Assembly: GCA_012521105.1 (NCBI GenBank)
Contig: JAAYNA010000065.1
Span: 2,535 to 66,534 of the forward strand
Length of the DNA: 64,000 nt
Reading direction: 5' to 3'
DNA from: Clostridiaceae bacterium
Lineage (GTDB): Bacteria; Bacillota; Clostridia; DSM-8532
Each line of letters starts with the position of its first letter. Positions within the stretch are counted from its first letter, which is position 1. Of this stretch, positions 39,704 through 49,008 are shown piece after piece. Under the pieces are notes generated by a model, which was not told the origin of the DNA, ran no database searches, and worked only from the letters and a program-made list of their open reading frames with translations. The translations under genes were made by a program, and so were the position numbers.

Positions 39704-39731
39704 GGAACTTTTTCAGGTCTTATAAGTCTAA
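39704..39731 (+). promoter_or_regulatory. ECF-sigma (sigmaE/AlgU-type) promoter upstream of the serpin
   Basis: GGAACTT-...-GTCTAA, with 16 nt between GAACTT and TCTAA. Confidence 0.7.
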
Positions 39732-39768
39732 ATAATATAACTGGCTAACCCGCAACTACTAACTTCTA

Positions 39769-39813
39769 AAGCATAGTTCACAACTTAATAGTTGCGGCTA
39801 TGCTTCTTTTTTT
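39769..39813 (+). terminator. Intrinsic terminator in the serpin 5' leader (attenuator candidate)
   Basis: AAGCATAGTT-CA-CAACT-TAAT-AGTTG-C-GGCTATGCTT followed by CTTTTTTT, ending about 50 nt before the start codon. Confidence 0.7.
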
Positions 39814-39863
39814 CACAGTTGGCACAGTAGTTAAAACCACCGGTAATAAATTTTTTAAGGAGA

Positions 39864-41159
39864 GTGTTTCAGGTGAGGAGGATTTATTTTTTAATTCCAG
39901 TTTTGATTTTTATATTAATTTTTTCAGCGTGTGCGCATTCTATTGCCCATTCACCGATTTTAAAAGACAAAGACCATTCTGACGTACCGGAAACTGAAGC
40001 CCCTGAAAACAGCCTTAACAGAAAAGAATCCGGAGCAGCCGGTGAAAAAGACATCGGGCTGATCGATGCAAACAAAAGATTTGCATGGGACCTTTTTAAA
40101 AAAATTAATGAAGAGGATTCAGACAAAGAAATTTTCATGTCTCCCTTTTCGGTCTCAGGCATGCTTATGATGGCTTATAACGGTGCTGAAGGCTCAACAA
40201 GGGATGCTATGGCTAGAGCAATGCACTATGAAGGGTTATCGATTGATGACCTGAATGAGGGATATAAGTATTTAATCAGCCGGTTAAACAATTTGGATGA
40301 AAAGGTGAAAATAGAAATTGCAAACTCGATATGGTCAAGAAAAGGGTTTGAAATAAAGCAAAACTTTATAGATATCAACAAAAGCTATCTTTTCTCTGAC
40401 GTGGAAAGCCTTGACTTTGCAAACCCCGAATCGGCCAATGTTATAAATAACTGGGTTTCTAAAAAGACCAATAATCTTATACCTTCCATCATTGACCCTC
40501 CAATTGCAGATGATGTTATGATGTATCTTATAAACGCCATATATTTTAACGGTGAATGGACAGAAGCCTTTAAGGTGAAAAACACTTTTGAAACCGATTT
40601 TTATTCCTATGACCGAAAGACAGACAAGGTACAAATGATGCAAAAGAATGGCAATGCGGATTTGTCTGAATCGGATGAATACAGGGCGGCAAGCCTTACC
40701 TATGGCAATGGGAAAGCTGCTATGATGGTAATTCTTCCGAATAAAGACATTAATGAATTTATCAAAAACTTTGATCATAAAAAGTGGGATGAGATTGTTG
40801 AAAATTTAAGGCCGGTCAGAAATGTGAACCTGCAGCTTCCAAAATTCAAAATAGAATATGGTATTAAGGAACTGAACAACTCCTTGGCTTCCCTTGGAAT
40901 GGAAGTAATTTTTTCAGAACGTGCCGATTTCAGCGGTATATCAGAGAATCTGTTTATTAACAGGGTTCTTCACAAAGCTGTTTTAGACGTGAACGAGGAG
41001 GGAACAGAGGCTGCTGCCGTAACAGTGGGTGAAGTAATGAAAACTTCATATTCCGAGCCGATAAAATTTATAGCCAACAAACCATTCTTATTCGTAATCT
41101 ACGACACCGAAGACGGGAACATACTTTTTGCAGGTAAAAAACTGTTTGGCGACAGGTAG
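39864..41159 (+). CDS. Serpin (serine protease inhibitor) lipoprotein
   Basis: Lipobox FSAC; IFMSPFS, INNWVSKKTNNLI, LINAIYFNGEW, hinge EEGTEAAAVT, FIANKPFLF. Confidence 0.95.
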   Translation: MFQVRRIYFLIPVLIFILIFSACAHSIAHSPILKDKDHSDVPETEAPENSLNRKESGAAGEKDIGLIDANKRFAWDLFKKINEEDSDKEIFMSPFSVSGMLMMAYNGAEGSTRDAMARAMHYEGLSIDDLNEGYKYLISRLNNLDEKVKIEIANSIWSRKGFEIKQNFIDINKSYLFSDVESLDFANPESANVINNWVSKKTNNLIPSIIDPPIADDVMMYLINAIYFNGEWTEAFKVKNTFETDFYSYDRKTDKVQMMQKNGNADLSESDEYRAASLTYGNGKAAMMVILPNKDINEFIKNFDHKKWDEIVENLRPVRNVNLQLPKFKIEYGIKELNNSLASLGMEVIFSERADFSGISENLFINRVLHKAVLDVNEEGTEAAAVTVGEVMKTSYSEPIKFIANKPFLFVIYDTEDGNILFAGKKLFGDR

Positions 41160-41163
41160 AAAA

Positions 41164-41985
41164 CTATATCCTGTTTTCCAGGAACTTCTCGGCAATGCTG
41201 CAAAACTCATTGCAGCATTCATACTGAAGCTCGTGGCCACAGTTTTGTACCCTGTAAATTATTGAGGTTTTGATGAGTTTATGTAACAGTATTGAATTCT
41301 CGCAGGAAAGCACCCGATCCTTATCGCCGTACACTATCAAAACCGGAACTTCTGTTTGGCTTAAACCATGCTGAAATGTATTCAAAAGCTCTTTATTAAG
41401 GCCTTTAAGTGTCATGCATTCGTGAACTATCGAAAACATGGTTCTTAAAGCTCCGGGCTTGTTTATATAATTGTATGCACGGTTAAGCCAGTTCCCGGTT
41501 TGCATGTTCCTGTTGTAAAAACTTTGACTTGTTGTTATCTTAACAATACTGTACGGTATCTTTATATTGATTCTTTGAAAAAAGCTCATGGAAAGAAACC
41601 TGAATGAGAAGGGGATTTTTGTAAAGGCACTGTTTACAATAATCAGCTTTTTTACCTTTAATGGGTATTTTATGACAAAATTAAGGCAAACGGCACCGCC
41701 AAGGGAATGTCCTGCCAGATAGATTCTGTCAAGTTTCTTTTCGGTAATAAAAGCTTCCAAAAAGTTCGTAAGATTATCTAAAGTATATGGAATATCGGGT
41801 TTGTCGCTTAAACCATGGCCTGGAAGATCCAAGGCAATTACCCTGTAATTTTTACAGAGTTTCTCCATTGCAGGCTCCCATTCCTCAAGAAAACCAGCTA
41901 TTCCATGAACAAGTACAAGGGGGTCCCCGTTGCCGGCTTCCCGGTAACGGACAGAAACTCCATTAATATCCAGATATTCATACAT
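41164..41985 (-). CDS. Alpha/beta-fold hydrolase
   Basis: LVHGI, ALDLPGHGLSD, GHSLGG nucleophile, GDKD and CGH. Confidence 0.9.
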   Translation of the reverse strand: MYEYLDINGVSVRYREAGNGDPLVLVHGIAGFLEEWEPAMEKLCKNYRVIALDLPGHGLSDKPDIPYTLDNLTNFLEAFITEKKLDRIYLAGHSLGGAVCLNFVIKYPLKVKKLIIVNSAFTKIPFSFRFLSMSFFQRINIKIPYSIVKITTSQSFYNRNMQTGNWLNRAYNYINKPGALRTMFSIVHECMTLKGLNKELLNTFQHGLSQTEVPVLIVYGDKDRVLSCENSILLHKLIKTSIIYRVQNCGHELQYECCNEFCSIAEKFLENRI

Positions 41986-42329
41986 ACCGCATCACCATCA
42001 GCAAACATTGATAATTTAACTATAACATAAATGTACCTCAATTATGTGTTGATTACTACATAAAAAAGTCCTTGCATAAAACCGGAGGTAAAGGAATCAT
42101 TACTTTTTAATGTAATATAATTGTCTTTAAGTTGTTATTTTCTTAATAGAAAAGTAAACAGAGTAAAGTGGTTATTTTTACTTGTGCATGGTAAAATACC
42201 AATAAGAGTATATGCACTTTTTGGATCGATTAAATAAGCCTTGAAACACGTTATTTTGGAACATAATTAAGCTTTATTCGTCTATAAAGGTGCATATTTT
42301 ACAAATGATAAAAAAATTATACGGAGGAT

Positions 42330-45300
42330 TTGCGAATGAGATTAAAAAAAGCGGCAGTATTGTTCTTATCATCTGTGTTATTATTTTCGGGAATCATTTC
42401 GGGTTCATATGCTTCGGAATCTAAACCATCAGGAAATTCGGTTATTTACCAGACTGTAGAAAGTAAAATCATTACTTCAGGCGTAACACAGGATACCATA
42501 ACAAGGTATACCGATTTGGGCTGGCAGAAAATTTATGTTCTTAAGGCAGATTTAAACGACTCGAACGTGCATATCGATGCTTTAACAAACAGCGAAACAA
42601 TTCAGAAACCGTTAACAACAACCGATCATATGCAGGAATGGGGAGCAATAGCGGGTATTAACGGGAGTTTCTTTTTAAGTTCGGATCAGCCCGGCATGCA
42701 GAACCTTATCGGACCCATGGTTCAATCTCAGAACATTAAAACTGCTGATGCGACTTTTAATCTGGACAGAGACAATATGGCCACCTTTGCCATTGATGAA
42801 GAAAGAAACGGTATTATAGATTACTGGAAAGCTGATATTCGCATTTATGCTCCTAACGGCGAGTACATAAGCATATCAAGGTACAATGAACCCTATTACG
42901 GATACACCGATTTTACAGTGTTGGACAGAAAATGGACTACCACTTCAGTGGGTACACGGAATGGATATTATCCCGATATTACAGAGATGGTGGTAGAAAA
43001 CGGAATGGTTAAGGAAATCCGCATAGATATGCCACCTGCTGAAATTCCACTGGACGGGTTTGTTGTCATAACTAGAAAAGAAAACACGCCTCAGATTTTG
43101 GAGAACTTTAATATTGGTGACCCTGTGAGATTTGAAATTACAACCACCCCAGACTGGGCTGGGATGAAAATGGCAGTCAGCGGCGGAGGAATGGTGGTTG
43201 TTGACGGGGTTATACCCGAAACATTTACTCATGAAGTGGCGGGAAGGCATCCCAGAACTGCAGTGGGAGTAAGTGAGGACGGAAAGACCATTTACATGGT
43301 GGTTGTTGACGGAAGGCAGTCCCATAGTATAGGAATGACGATGGCAGAACTGGCAGAGTTTATGCTTGAAATTGGAGCATACAATGCCCTTGCGATGGAT
43401 GGCGGGGGTTCATCCACCATAGTTTCAAGAGAGCCAGGCACCAGTAATATACGGGTTCAAAACAAGCCAAGCGACGGTGTTCAAAGAAGAATACCAAATG
43501 CGGTAGGCGTATTCTCCCTGGCACCGCCTACGCCTTTGGCAGGGCTTTATATAGAGGCGGAGGAACCCAACGTTTTTGCTAACACAACCAGACAGTTTAC
43601 TGTAAAGGGCTACGATGAATATTTTAATCCGATACAGATAAACCCTGAAGAGGTTACATGGCACGTGGAAGGCGTGGAAGGCAGCTTTACCGGAAATGTA
43701 TTCATGCCTGAATCTGCAGGTATCGCAAAAGTAACAGCAACAGTGGGCGATGTGTCTGCTGAACTGGATATTAACGTGTTAAGCGGGCCGGTTAAATTGA
43801 CCCTCAGCAATGAGGAAATAAAACTTATAAACAAGGAACGTAAGACATTCAAAGTCATGGGTGAAGACGCCGAAGGTTTTACTGCCTCCATTAATCCTTC
43901 GGATGTTAACTGGAAGACTGTGGGCGGTATAGGCTTCTTTTCAAACGATACATTTGTTGCAACGAATTCCGGATATGGCTATATTTCAGCATGGGTTGGC
44001 AATGTACATGCAAACTGTGCTGTAACCGTTCTGCCAACTGTAAGTACGCTGGTTGATAATTTTGAAAAGCAGAACGCAACATTTTTATCATATCCTTCAA
44101 CAGTTAATGGTTCCTACCAGATTTCAACAGAGCAAAAGCGCAGCGGTAATTCATCGGGTAAATTGTCATACCGGTTTGAATCTGCTGAAACCAACAGAGC
44201 TGTATATGCTGTTTTGAACGGGCAGGGCATATCCTTGCCGTCGAATGCCATAAGGGTTGGTTTGTGGGTTTATAATGACCATGAAAATTCAAACTGGCTG
44301 AGAATAGAAGTGCAGGACAGCCAGAACAGAACGCACAGACTTGGAGAACTAACAAAACTCGACTGGGTTGGCTGGCGGTATGTTGAGATACCGTTGAACG
44401 GTGTGCCGTTGCCCGGAAGGCTGACAAGAATATACCTGGTACAGGTTAACCCGATTGAAGAGGCAGGGGCAATATATATTGACGATTTAAGCATTATTAC
44501 CGTAGAGCAGGACAAAATGACCGGCAATACCGATATACAGGGCACCGAAACCATAGTGGTTCATAGTTTTGAAGAAGACAACATCAGTTTTACATCATAT
44601 CCGTCATATGTTCCGGCGGAGGCCACTATTGCAAACGAATATGCAAATTCAGGCACCTCCAGCGTCCGCCTGGATTATGTTTTCAAAGAGTCCCCCGATA
44701 CTCAGGCGGCCTATATAGTGATGCCAGGCAATGGAATTAGCGTACCTGAAGGGGCAGAAACAATCGGTTTGTGGGCTTACAGCCAGAGGAACACCAAAAG
44801 CTGGCTAAGAGCTGAAATTATAGATGCTGACGGAAAAGTAAATTATGTGATGTTTTCAGAAGGAATTACCTGGACAGGCTGGAAGTACGTTGAGGGGAAA
44901 ATATCCCACATAAAAAGGCCTGCCAGAGTTACACGGCTGTATGTTGTGAACCCAAGTCCGATAGATGAAAAAGGGCATATATACCTTGATGATCTACAGT
45001 TTAATATTAAAACAGGCAAAACAGTAAGCTTTAACAATATACCCGAAGACACCGTTCCTGCCGACAGAAAAAATCAGGCAGTAACTTATGCAATCGGAGA
45101 GAACAATTACAGGTTCTCTGTGTTTGGTGAATCCCGCGAACCTGCTAATGAGGTTGAGCAATACCTTACAGATTTCCTGGCCGACAAGATTAATAAATAT
45201 ATAGAAATGGGCGTATTTGTAGGGAACGGTTCTCATCAGGTTACATCCAAGGTTCAAAAACCTGTACTTGCAACAGGTAGCGGGTTTAGATCGATGGATA

Positions 45301-45698
45301 TGCAGGGGTCAAGGTTCATACAGCTTGATATGAGGGCGAAAAGCTTAAGAACGGGAACTACAGGGCAGTGGCAATGGCTGTTGGAACAGCTTGACTCCTT
45401 TGACGGGCAGAATGTGTTTTTATTCCTGGAAAACACCCCGGACTCTTTCAGTGATAAGCTGGAAGGGAAACTATTTAAAGATATCCTTGCCGAATACGCA
45501 GGAACAAAGTTTGAAAATGTGTGGGTTTTCTATAAAGGCGACAGGAACATGGTAACTAAGGACAGGGGTGTAAGATATCTTTCAACCTGCGGGTTTGACG
45601 TGGAAAACCTTACAGCCGACAATAAAGCTGTTGCAAAGTATATCCTTATTACCATCATGGGCGACCAGGTGACCTATGAATATAAACCCATAGAATAA
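42330..45698 (+). CDS. Large secreted protein: phosphodiester glycosidase (NAGPA-like) domain, Ig-like domains, two tandem beta-sandwich repeats and a C-terminal metallophosphoesterase-like domain
   Basis: Signal peptide; AGINGSFF, RHPRTAVG, VVDGRQ, MDGGGSST; two repeats of about 150 aa ending WVGWRYVE...IYIDDL and WTGWKYVE...IYLDDL; C-terminal FSVFGES. Confidence 0.8.
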   Translation: MRMRLKKAAVLFLSSVLLFSGIISGSYASESKPSGNSVIYQTVESKIITSGVTQDTITRYTDLGWQKIYVLKADLNDSNVHIDALTNSETIQKPLTTTDHMQEWGAIAGINGSFFLSSDQPGMQNLIGPMVQSQNIKTADATFNLDRDNMATFAIDEERNGIIDYWKADIRIYAPNGEYISISRYNEPYYGYTDFTVLDRKWTTTSVGTRNGYYPDITEMVVENGMVKEIRIDMPPAEIPLDGFVVITRKENTPQILENFNIGDPVRFEITTTPDWAGMKMAVSGGGMVVVDGVIPETFTHEVAGRHPRTAVGVSEDGKTIYMVVVDGRQSHSIGMTMAELAEFMLEIGAYNALAMDGGGSSTIVSREPGTSNIRVQNKPSDGVQRRIPNAVGVFSLAPPTPLAGLYIEAEEPNVFANTTRQFTVKGYDEYFNPIQINPEEVTWHVEGVEGSFTGNVFMPESAGIAKVTATVGDVSAELDINVLSGPVKLTLSNEEIKLINKERKTFKVMGEDAEGFTASINPSDVNWKTVGGIGFFSNDTFVATNSGYGYISAWVGNVHANCAVTVLPTVSTLVDNFEKQNATFLSYPSTVNGSYQISTEQKRSGNSSGKLSYRFESAETNRAVYAVLNGQGISLPSNAIRVGLWVYNDHENSNWLRIEVQDSQNRTHRLGELTKLDWVGWRYVEIPLNGVPLPGRLTRIYLVQVNPIEEAGAIYIDDLSIITVEQDKMTGNTDIQGTETIVVHSFEEDNISFTSYPSYVPAEATIANEYANSGTSSVRLDYVFKESPDTQAAYIVMPGNGISVPEGAETIGLWAYSQRNTKSWLRAEIIDADGKVNYVMFSEGITWTGWKYVEGKISHIKRPARVTRLYVVNPSPIDEKGHIYLDDLQFNIKTGKTVSFNNIPEDTVPADRKNQAVTYAIGENNYRFSVFGESREPANEVEQYLTDFLADKINKYIEMGVFVGNGSHQVTSKVQKPVLATGSGFRSMDMQGSRFIQLDMRAKSLRTGTTGQWQWLLEQLDSFDGQNVFLFLENTPDSFSDKLEGKLFKDILAEYAGTKFENVWVFYKGDRNMVTKDRGVRYLSTCGFDVENLTADNKAVAKYILITIMGDQVTYEYKPIE

Positions 45699-45701
45699 AG
45701 T

Positions 45702-45730
45702 AAAACAGGTGGAGTTAATCCACCTGTTTT
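45702..45730. terminator. Bidirectional terminator
   Basis: AAAACAGGTGGA-GTTAA-TCCACCTGTTTT between convergent genes. Confidence 0.85.
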
Positions 45731-45800
45731 ATCTTAACTAAAAGCTTGTGGATTCAGCTCGGGCAGGTCGAAACTCGCAAAAATGCTTTTGATTTATTCC

Positions 45801-46889
45801 TTATTCTTCTGTCTTCAGTAATTCATATAAAGCGCCATTGAAGGTTTTTTTGCCTGATGTCTTAATATTAATATGCTCTATACTGTAATCATCATCTAAT
45901 ATTTTTTTTGCAAGCTTTGCATACTCGTAGGTCTGACCAATATTTTGAACACTTGTTTCGGTGTTACTTTTTACTATCTCGTAAACCTTACCAATCTTAT
46001 TTAGATTTTTTATATTAACATGCTGCTCAAAAAAGGATTTTATGAAAAGAAAGGTATTGTCTGTCCTGGACCAGGTAATATATTTACCATCGCGGGTATA
46101 CCCCTGCCTGAATCTTACAAATCCTTCGGCGCTTTTACCGTCGAGACGCTGAATCCCCGGTTCCAGATGGATGTAAAGATCCTGGGTTGGATCCTCATAG
46201 TGCATATATATCGGAACGTCAATAACAACACCCCCGAAAAAATCAACTATTTCGCGAAAACCATCGGTTTCAATTGCAATGTAATCATCGATCTCTACGG
46301 CAAAAATTTCCCTGATTAAATCAGTCAGAAGGTTAATGCCCGGTTTTCCGGGAAACCTGGCATTATCAGGTGAGTAATTCAGTTTCCTGCCCAATGCGTG
46401 AGCTGCATTTATCTTTCTGCTTCCTTTTTCGCTATAAAAGTGAGGCGATCTTTCTTTAAGTTCTTTTAATATATCAGTTGAATAATCAATATAAATGTCT
46501 CTTGGTATATCTATTAGCTTAACCAAATTTTTTTCTTCGCTGATAGAAACAATAATCATAGTATCGTAATTGGAATAGGTTGGGTCCTTCCCAATTAAAA
46601 GAATGTTCTTATCTCCTGCTCCCGTAATTTCGGTATAATACTTCTGGTTGTTTGTTAAGGCTTTCCGGGTATTTTCTGCTGAATTCCGGGATTTATCATT
46701 ATTATCTTTAGGAGTTAAAGTTGGCTTAGGCGTTATGGTTTGCTCAACAGGATCTTTATCGGGTATTTTGGTCTGAATTTTCGGTAACTCAGGCAGCTTT
46801 TTATTTGCATTTGATACAATTGCATAGATGCATATACCTGATATAGTAACCATCACAATAGTAAAGACTAGAAAAATTTTTTTATTCAT
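45801..46889 (-). CDS. LytR-CpsA-Psr (LCP) family protein
   Basis: N-terminal TM helix; NILLIGKD, DIPRD, KINAAH, VDFFGGVVIDVP, EGFVRFR. Start moved to the ATG at 46889 after GGAG. Confidence 0.88.
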   Translation of the reverse strand: MNKKIFLVFTIVMVTISGICIYAIVSNANKKLPELPKIQTKIPDKDPVEQTITPKPTLTPKDNNDKSRNSAENTRKALTNNQKYYTEITGAGDKNILLIGKDPTYSNYDTMIIVSISEEKNLVKLIDIPRDIYIDYSTDILKELKERSPHFYSEKGSRKINAAHALGRKLNYSPDNARFPGKPGINLLTDLIREIFAVEIDDYIAIETDGFREIVDFFGGVVIDVPIYMHYEDPTQDLYIHLEPGIQRLDGKSAEGFVRFRQGYTRDGKYITWSRTDNTFLFIKSFFEQHVNIKNLNKIGKVYEIVKSNTETSVQNIGQTYEYAKLAKKILDDDYSIEHINIKTSGKKTFNGALYELLKTEE

Positions 46890-47178
46890 GTCATCGCTCC
46901 ATATTCTATCTTTATATGCTGCACCATGGAATATTTTCTGCAATATATTTATTATTAACCGCATTTGATAAATGGATTTCTGAGATATATATTCCATTTC
47001 AAGCAATAATTAATATAATTGTGGATTGTATAAATACGTGGGATGCTGGATTTCCCCTTGCATGCAATAAAATGGAGAATTACCGGATATTACTTATCTT
47101 GAACTCCTTTTATGAACATAGTATGATAAACTTGGCATATTTAAGGTAATGTTTTCAATTTTAACTTAGGAGTGTATC

Positions 47179-47472
47179 ATGAAAAACCAACAAGATATTA
47201 AACATATAGCGAATTTAGTAAATCTAAGTTTTTCAGATAGTGAAGTTCAAAAATTAATAAAGGACATTAAGAAAGTATCACAATATTTAATGGATAAACT
47301 CTCCTGTCTGGATACCGAAAATATAGAGCCGATGGAACATATCTTTCACACAGCAAATATATTTCGCGGTGATTATTCTACTGACTCCTTGGATCGCGAG
47401 GGATTGCTAAAGAATGCACCAGTGAAGGAAAATGGTTATTTTGCGGTGCCCCGGATTATGGATGAGAACTGA
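47179..47472 (+). CDS. gatC: Asp/Glu-tRNA amidotransferase subunit C (divergent)
   Basis: Size and position; DTENIEPM, LLKNAP..ENGYFAVPRI. Confidence 0.85.
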   Translation: MKNQQDIKHIANLVNLSFSDSEVQKLIKDIKKVSQYLMDKLSCLDTENIEPMEHIFHTANIFRGDYSTDSLDREGLLKNAPVKENGYFAVPRIMDEN

Positions 47473-47488
47473 ATGGAGTTGTTTTGTT

Positions 47489-48916
47489 TTGGATCTTACC
47501 CGCTTAACGATTAGTGAGGCCTTAGAAAAAATAAAAAACAAAGAGATTAGTATTATTGAACTTGTTAGGTCATATCTTAAACAGATTGAAAACCTGAATA
47601 AAACCATTGGTGCGTATATAACTGTTTGCAGGGAAGATTGCGAAAGGATGGGCCCGATCCTGCAGGAAAAGCTTGACTGCGGGGAAAATATTCCATTGGC
47701 CGGAATTCCAATGGCACTTAGCGATAATATTATTACACGTGGTGTTTTAACTACATGTGCGTCTAAAATGCTTCATAATTTTATACCTCAGTATGATTCA
47801 ACTGTTAATGAAAAATTACGACACAGCGGCGCTATACTGTTGGGCAAGCTTAACATGGACGAGTTCTCGATAGGAAGTTCAAATGAGAATTCATATTTCG
47901 GGCCTGTAAAAAATCCGTGGGACCCTGAAAGGGTTCCAGGCGGTTCATGCGGTGGGGCTGCGGCAGCAGTCGCAGCTAATATGGCCTGTTTTGCCCTTGG
48001 TTCGGATGCTTGTGGCTCTGTCAGACAGCCTTCATCCTTTTGTGGGGTTGTAGGTTTAAAACCAACTTATGGTCTGATTTCAAGATATGGGCTTATTGCA
48101 TTTGCATCGTCATTGGAGCAAATAGGTCCAATAACCCGGACTGTTGAAGACTGTGCAATTGTCTTAAATGCTATAGCAGGTTATGATCCGAAGGATTCCA
48201 CTTCTGCGAATATTAAACACCCCGATTATACCGCTTTCCTTAAAGACAACATAAAAGGATTGAAGATTGGACTGCCAAAAGAATATATTGAAAAAGGTCT
48301 TCAGAAAGAAATAAAACAAAAATTATGTGAAGCTTTAACAGTATTTGAATCCATGGGTGCTGTTGTGGAGGAAATTTCCATTCCAATGACCAAATATGCC
48401 ATACCTGCATATTACATCATAGCATCAGCTGAAGCCAGTTCAAACCTTGCCCGTTATGACGGTATCAGATATGGTTACAGGGCAGAAGACTGTGAAAGCT
48501 TAGAGGAACTATACAAAAAAACAAGAAGCGAGGGGTTTGGTTTTGAAGTTAAAAGAACAATTATGCTTGGAGCATATTTTATAAGCCGGAATTGTTATGA
48601 TTCATACTATAAAAAAGCGCTGAAAGTGAGGCGCCTTATTTCTGAGGATTTTAAGAAAGCCTTCAACGATATTGATGTTATTATTACTCCAACTGTCCCC
48701 AAGACTGCATTTAAAACAGGAAGAAAAGACGATCCCATTCAAATGTGCATGAGTAATATATATACTGTGTCGGCTAATCTCGCAGGCCTTTGTGCCATTT
48801 CCATACCACACGGAACCGACTGCAACGGGCTTCCTGTAGGGCTGCAGCTTATTGGTAAACCTTTTGACGAGGGAACATTAATAAGGGCTGCATATGCCTT
48901 TGAAAAAAATACTTAA
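47489..48916 (+). CDS. gatA: Asp/Glu-tRNA amidotransferase subunit A; glutaminase site degenerate
   Basis: Amidase signature LGKLNMDEF, PGGSCGG, GSDACGSVRQP, GLKPTYG, SSNLARYDG. Likely TTG start at 47489. Confidence 0.9.
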   Translation: MDLTRLTISEALEKIKNKEISIIELVRSYLKQIENLNKTIGAYITVCREDCERMGPILQEKLDCGENIPLAGIPMALSDNIITRGVLTTCASKMLHNFIPQYDSTVNEKLRHSGAILLGKLNMDEFSIGSSNENSYFGPVKNPWDPERVPGGSCGGAAAAVAANMACFALGSDACGSVRQPSSFCGVVGLKPTYGLISRYGLIAFASSLEQIGPITRTVEDCAIVLNAIAGYDPKDSTSANIKHPDYTAFLKDNIKGLKIGLPKEYIEKGLQKEIKQKLCEALTVFESMGAVVEEISIPMTKYAIPAYYIIASAEASSNLARYDGIRYGYRAEDCESLEELYKKTRSEGFGFEVKRTIMLGAYFISRNCYDSYYKKALKVRRLISEDFKKAFNDIDVIITPTVPKTAFKTGRKDDPIQMCMSNIYTVSANLAGLCAISIPHGTDCNGLPVGLQLIGKPFDEGTLIRAAYAFEKNT

Positions 48917-49008
48917 GTTAATACCTGATTTATAATGTGGTAATAAGTTAAAATCTGTTATAAAATATACCGGTGGTTTTTGAAATGAAAGACTTAAAGG
49001 AAAAACTG

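Noticed and set aside
47010-47178. T-box leader upstream of gatCAB
   Set aside because: No T-box consensus (AAGGTGGNACCGCG-like) or terminator, and the space is too short.
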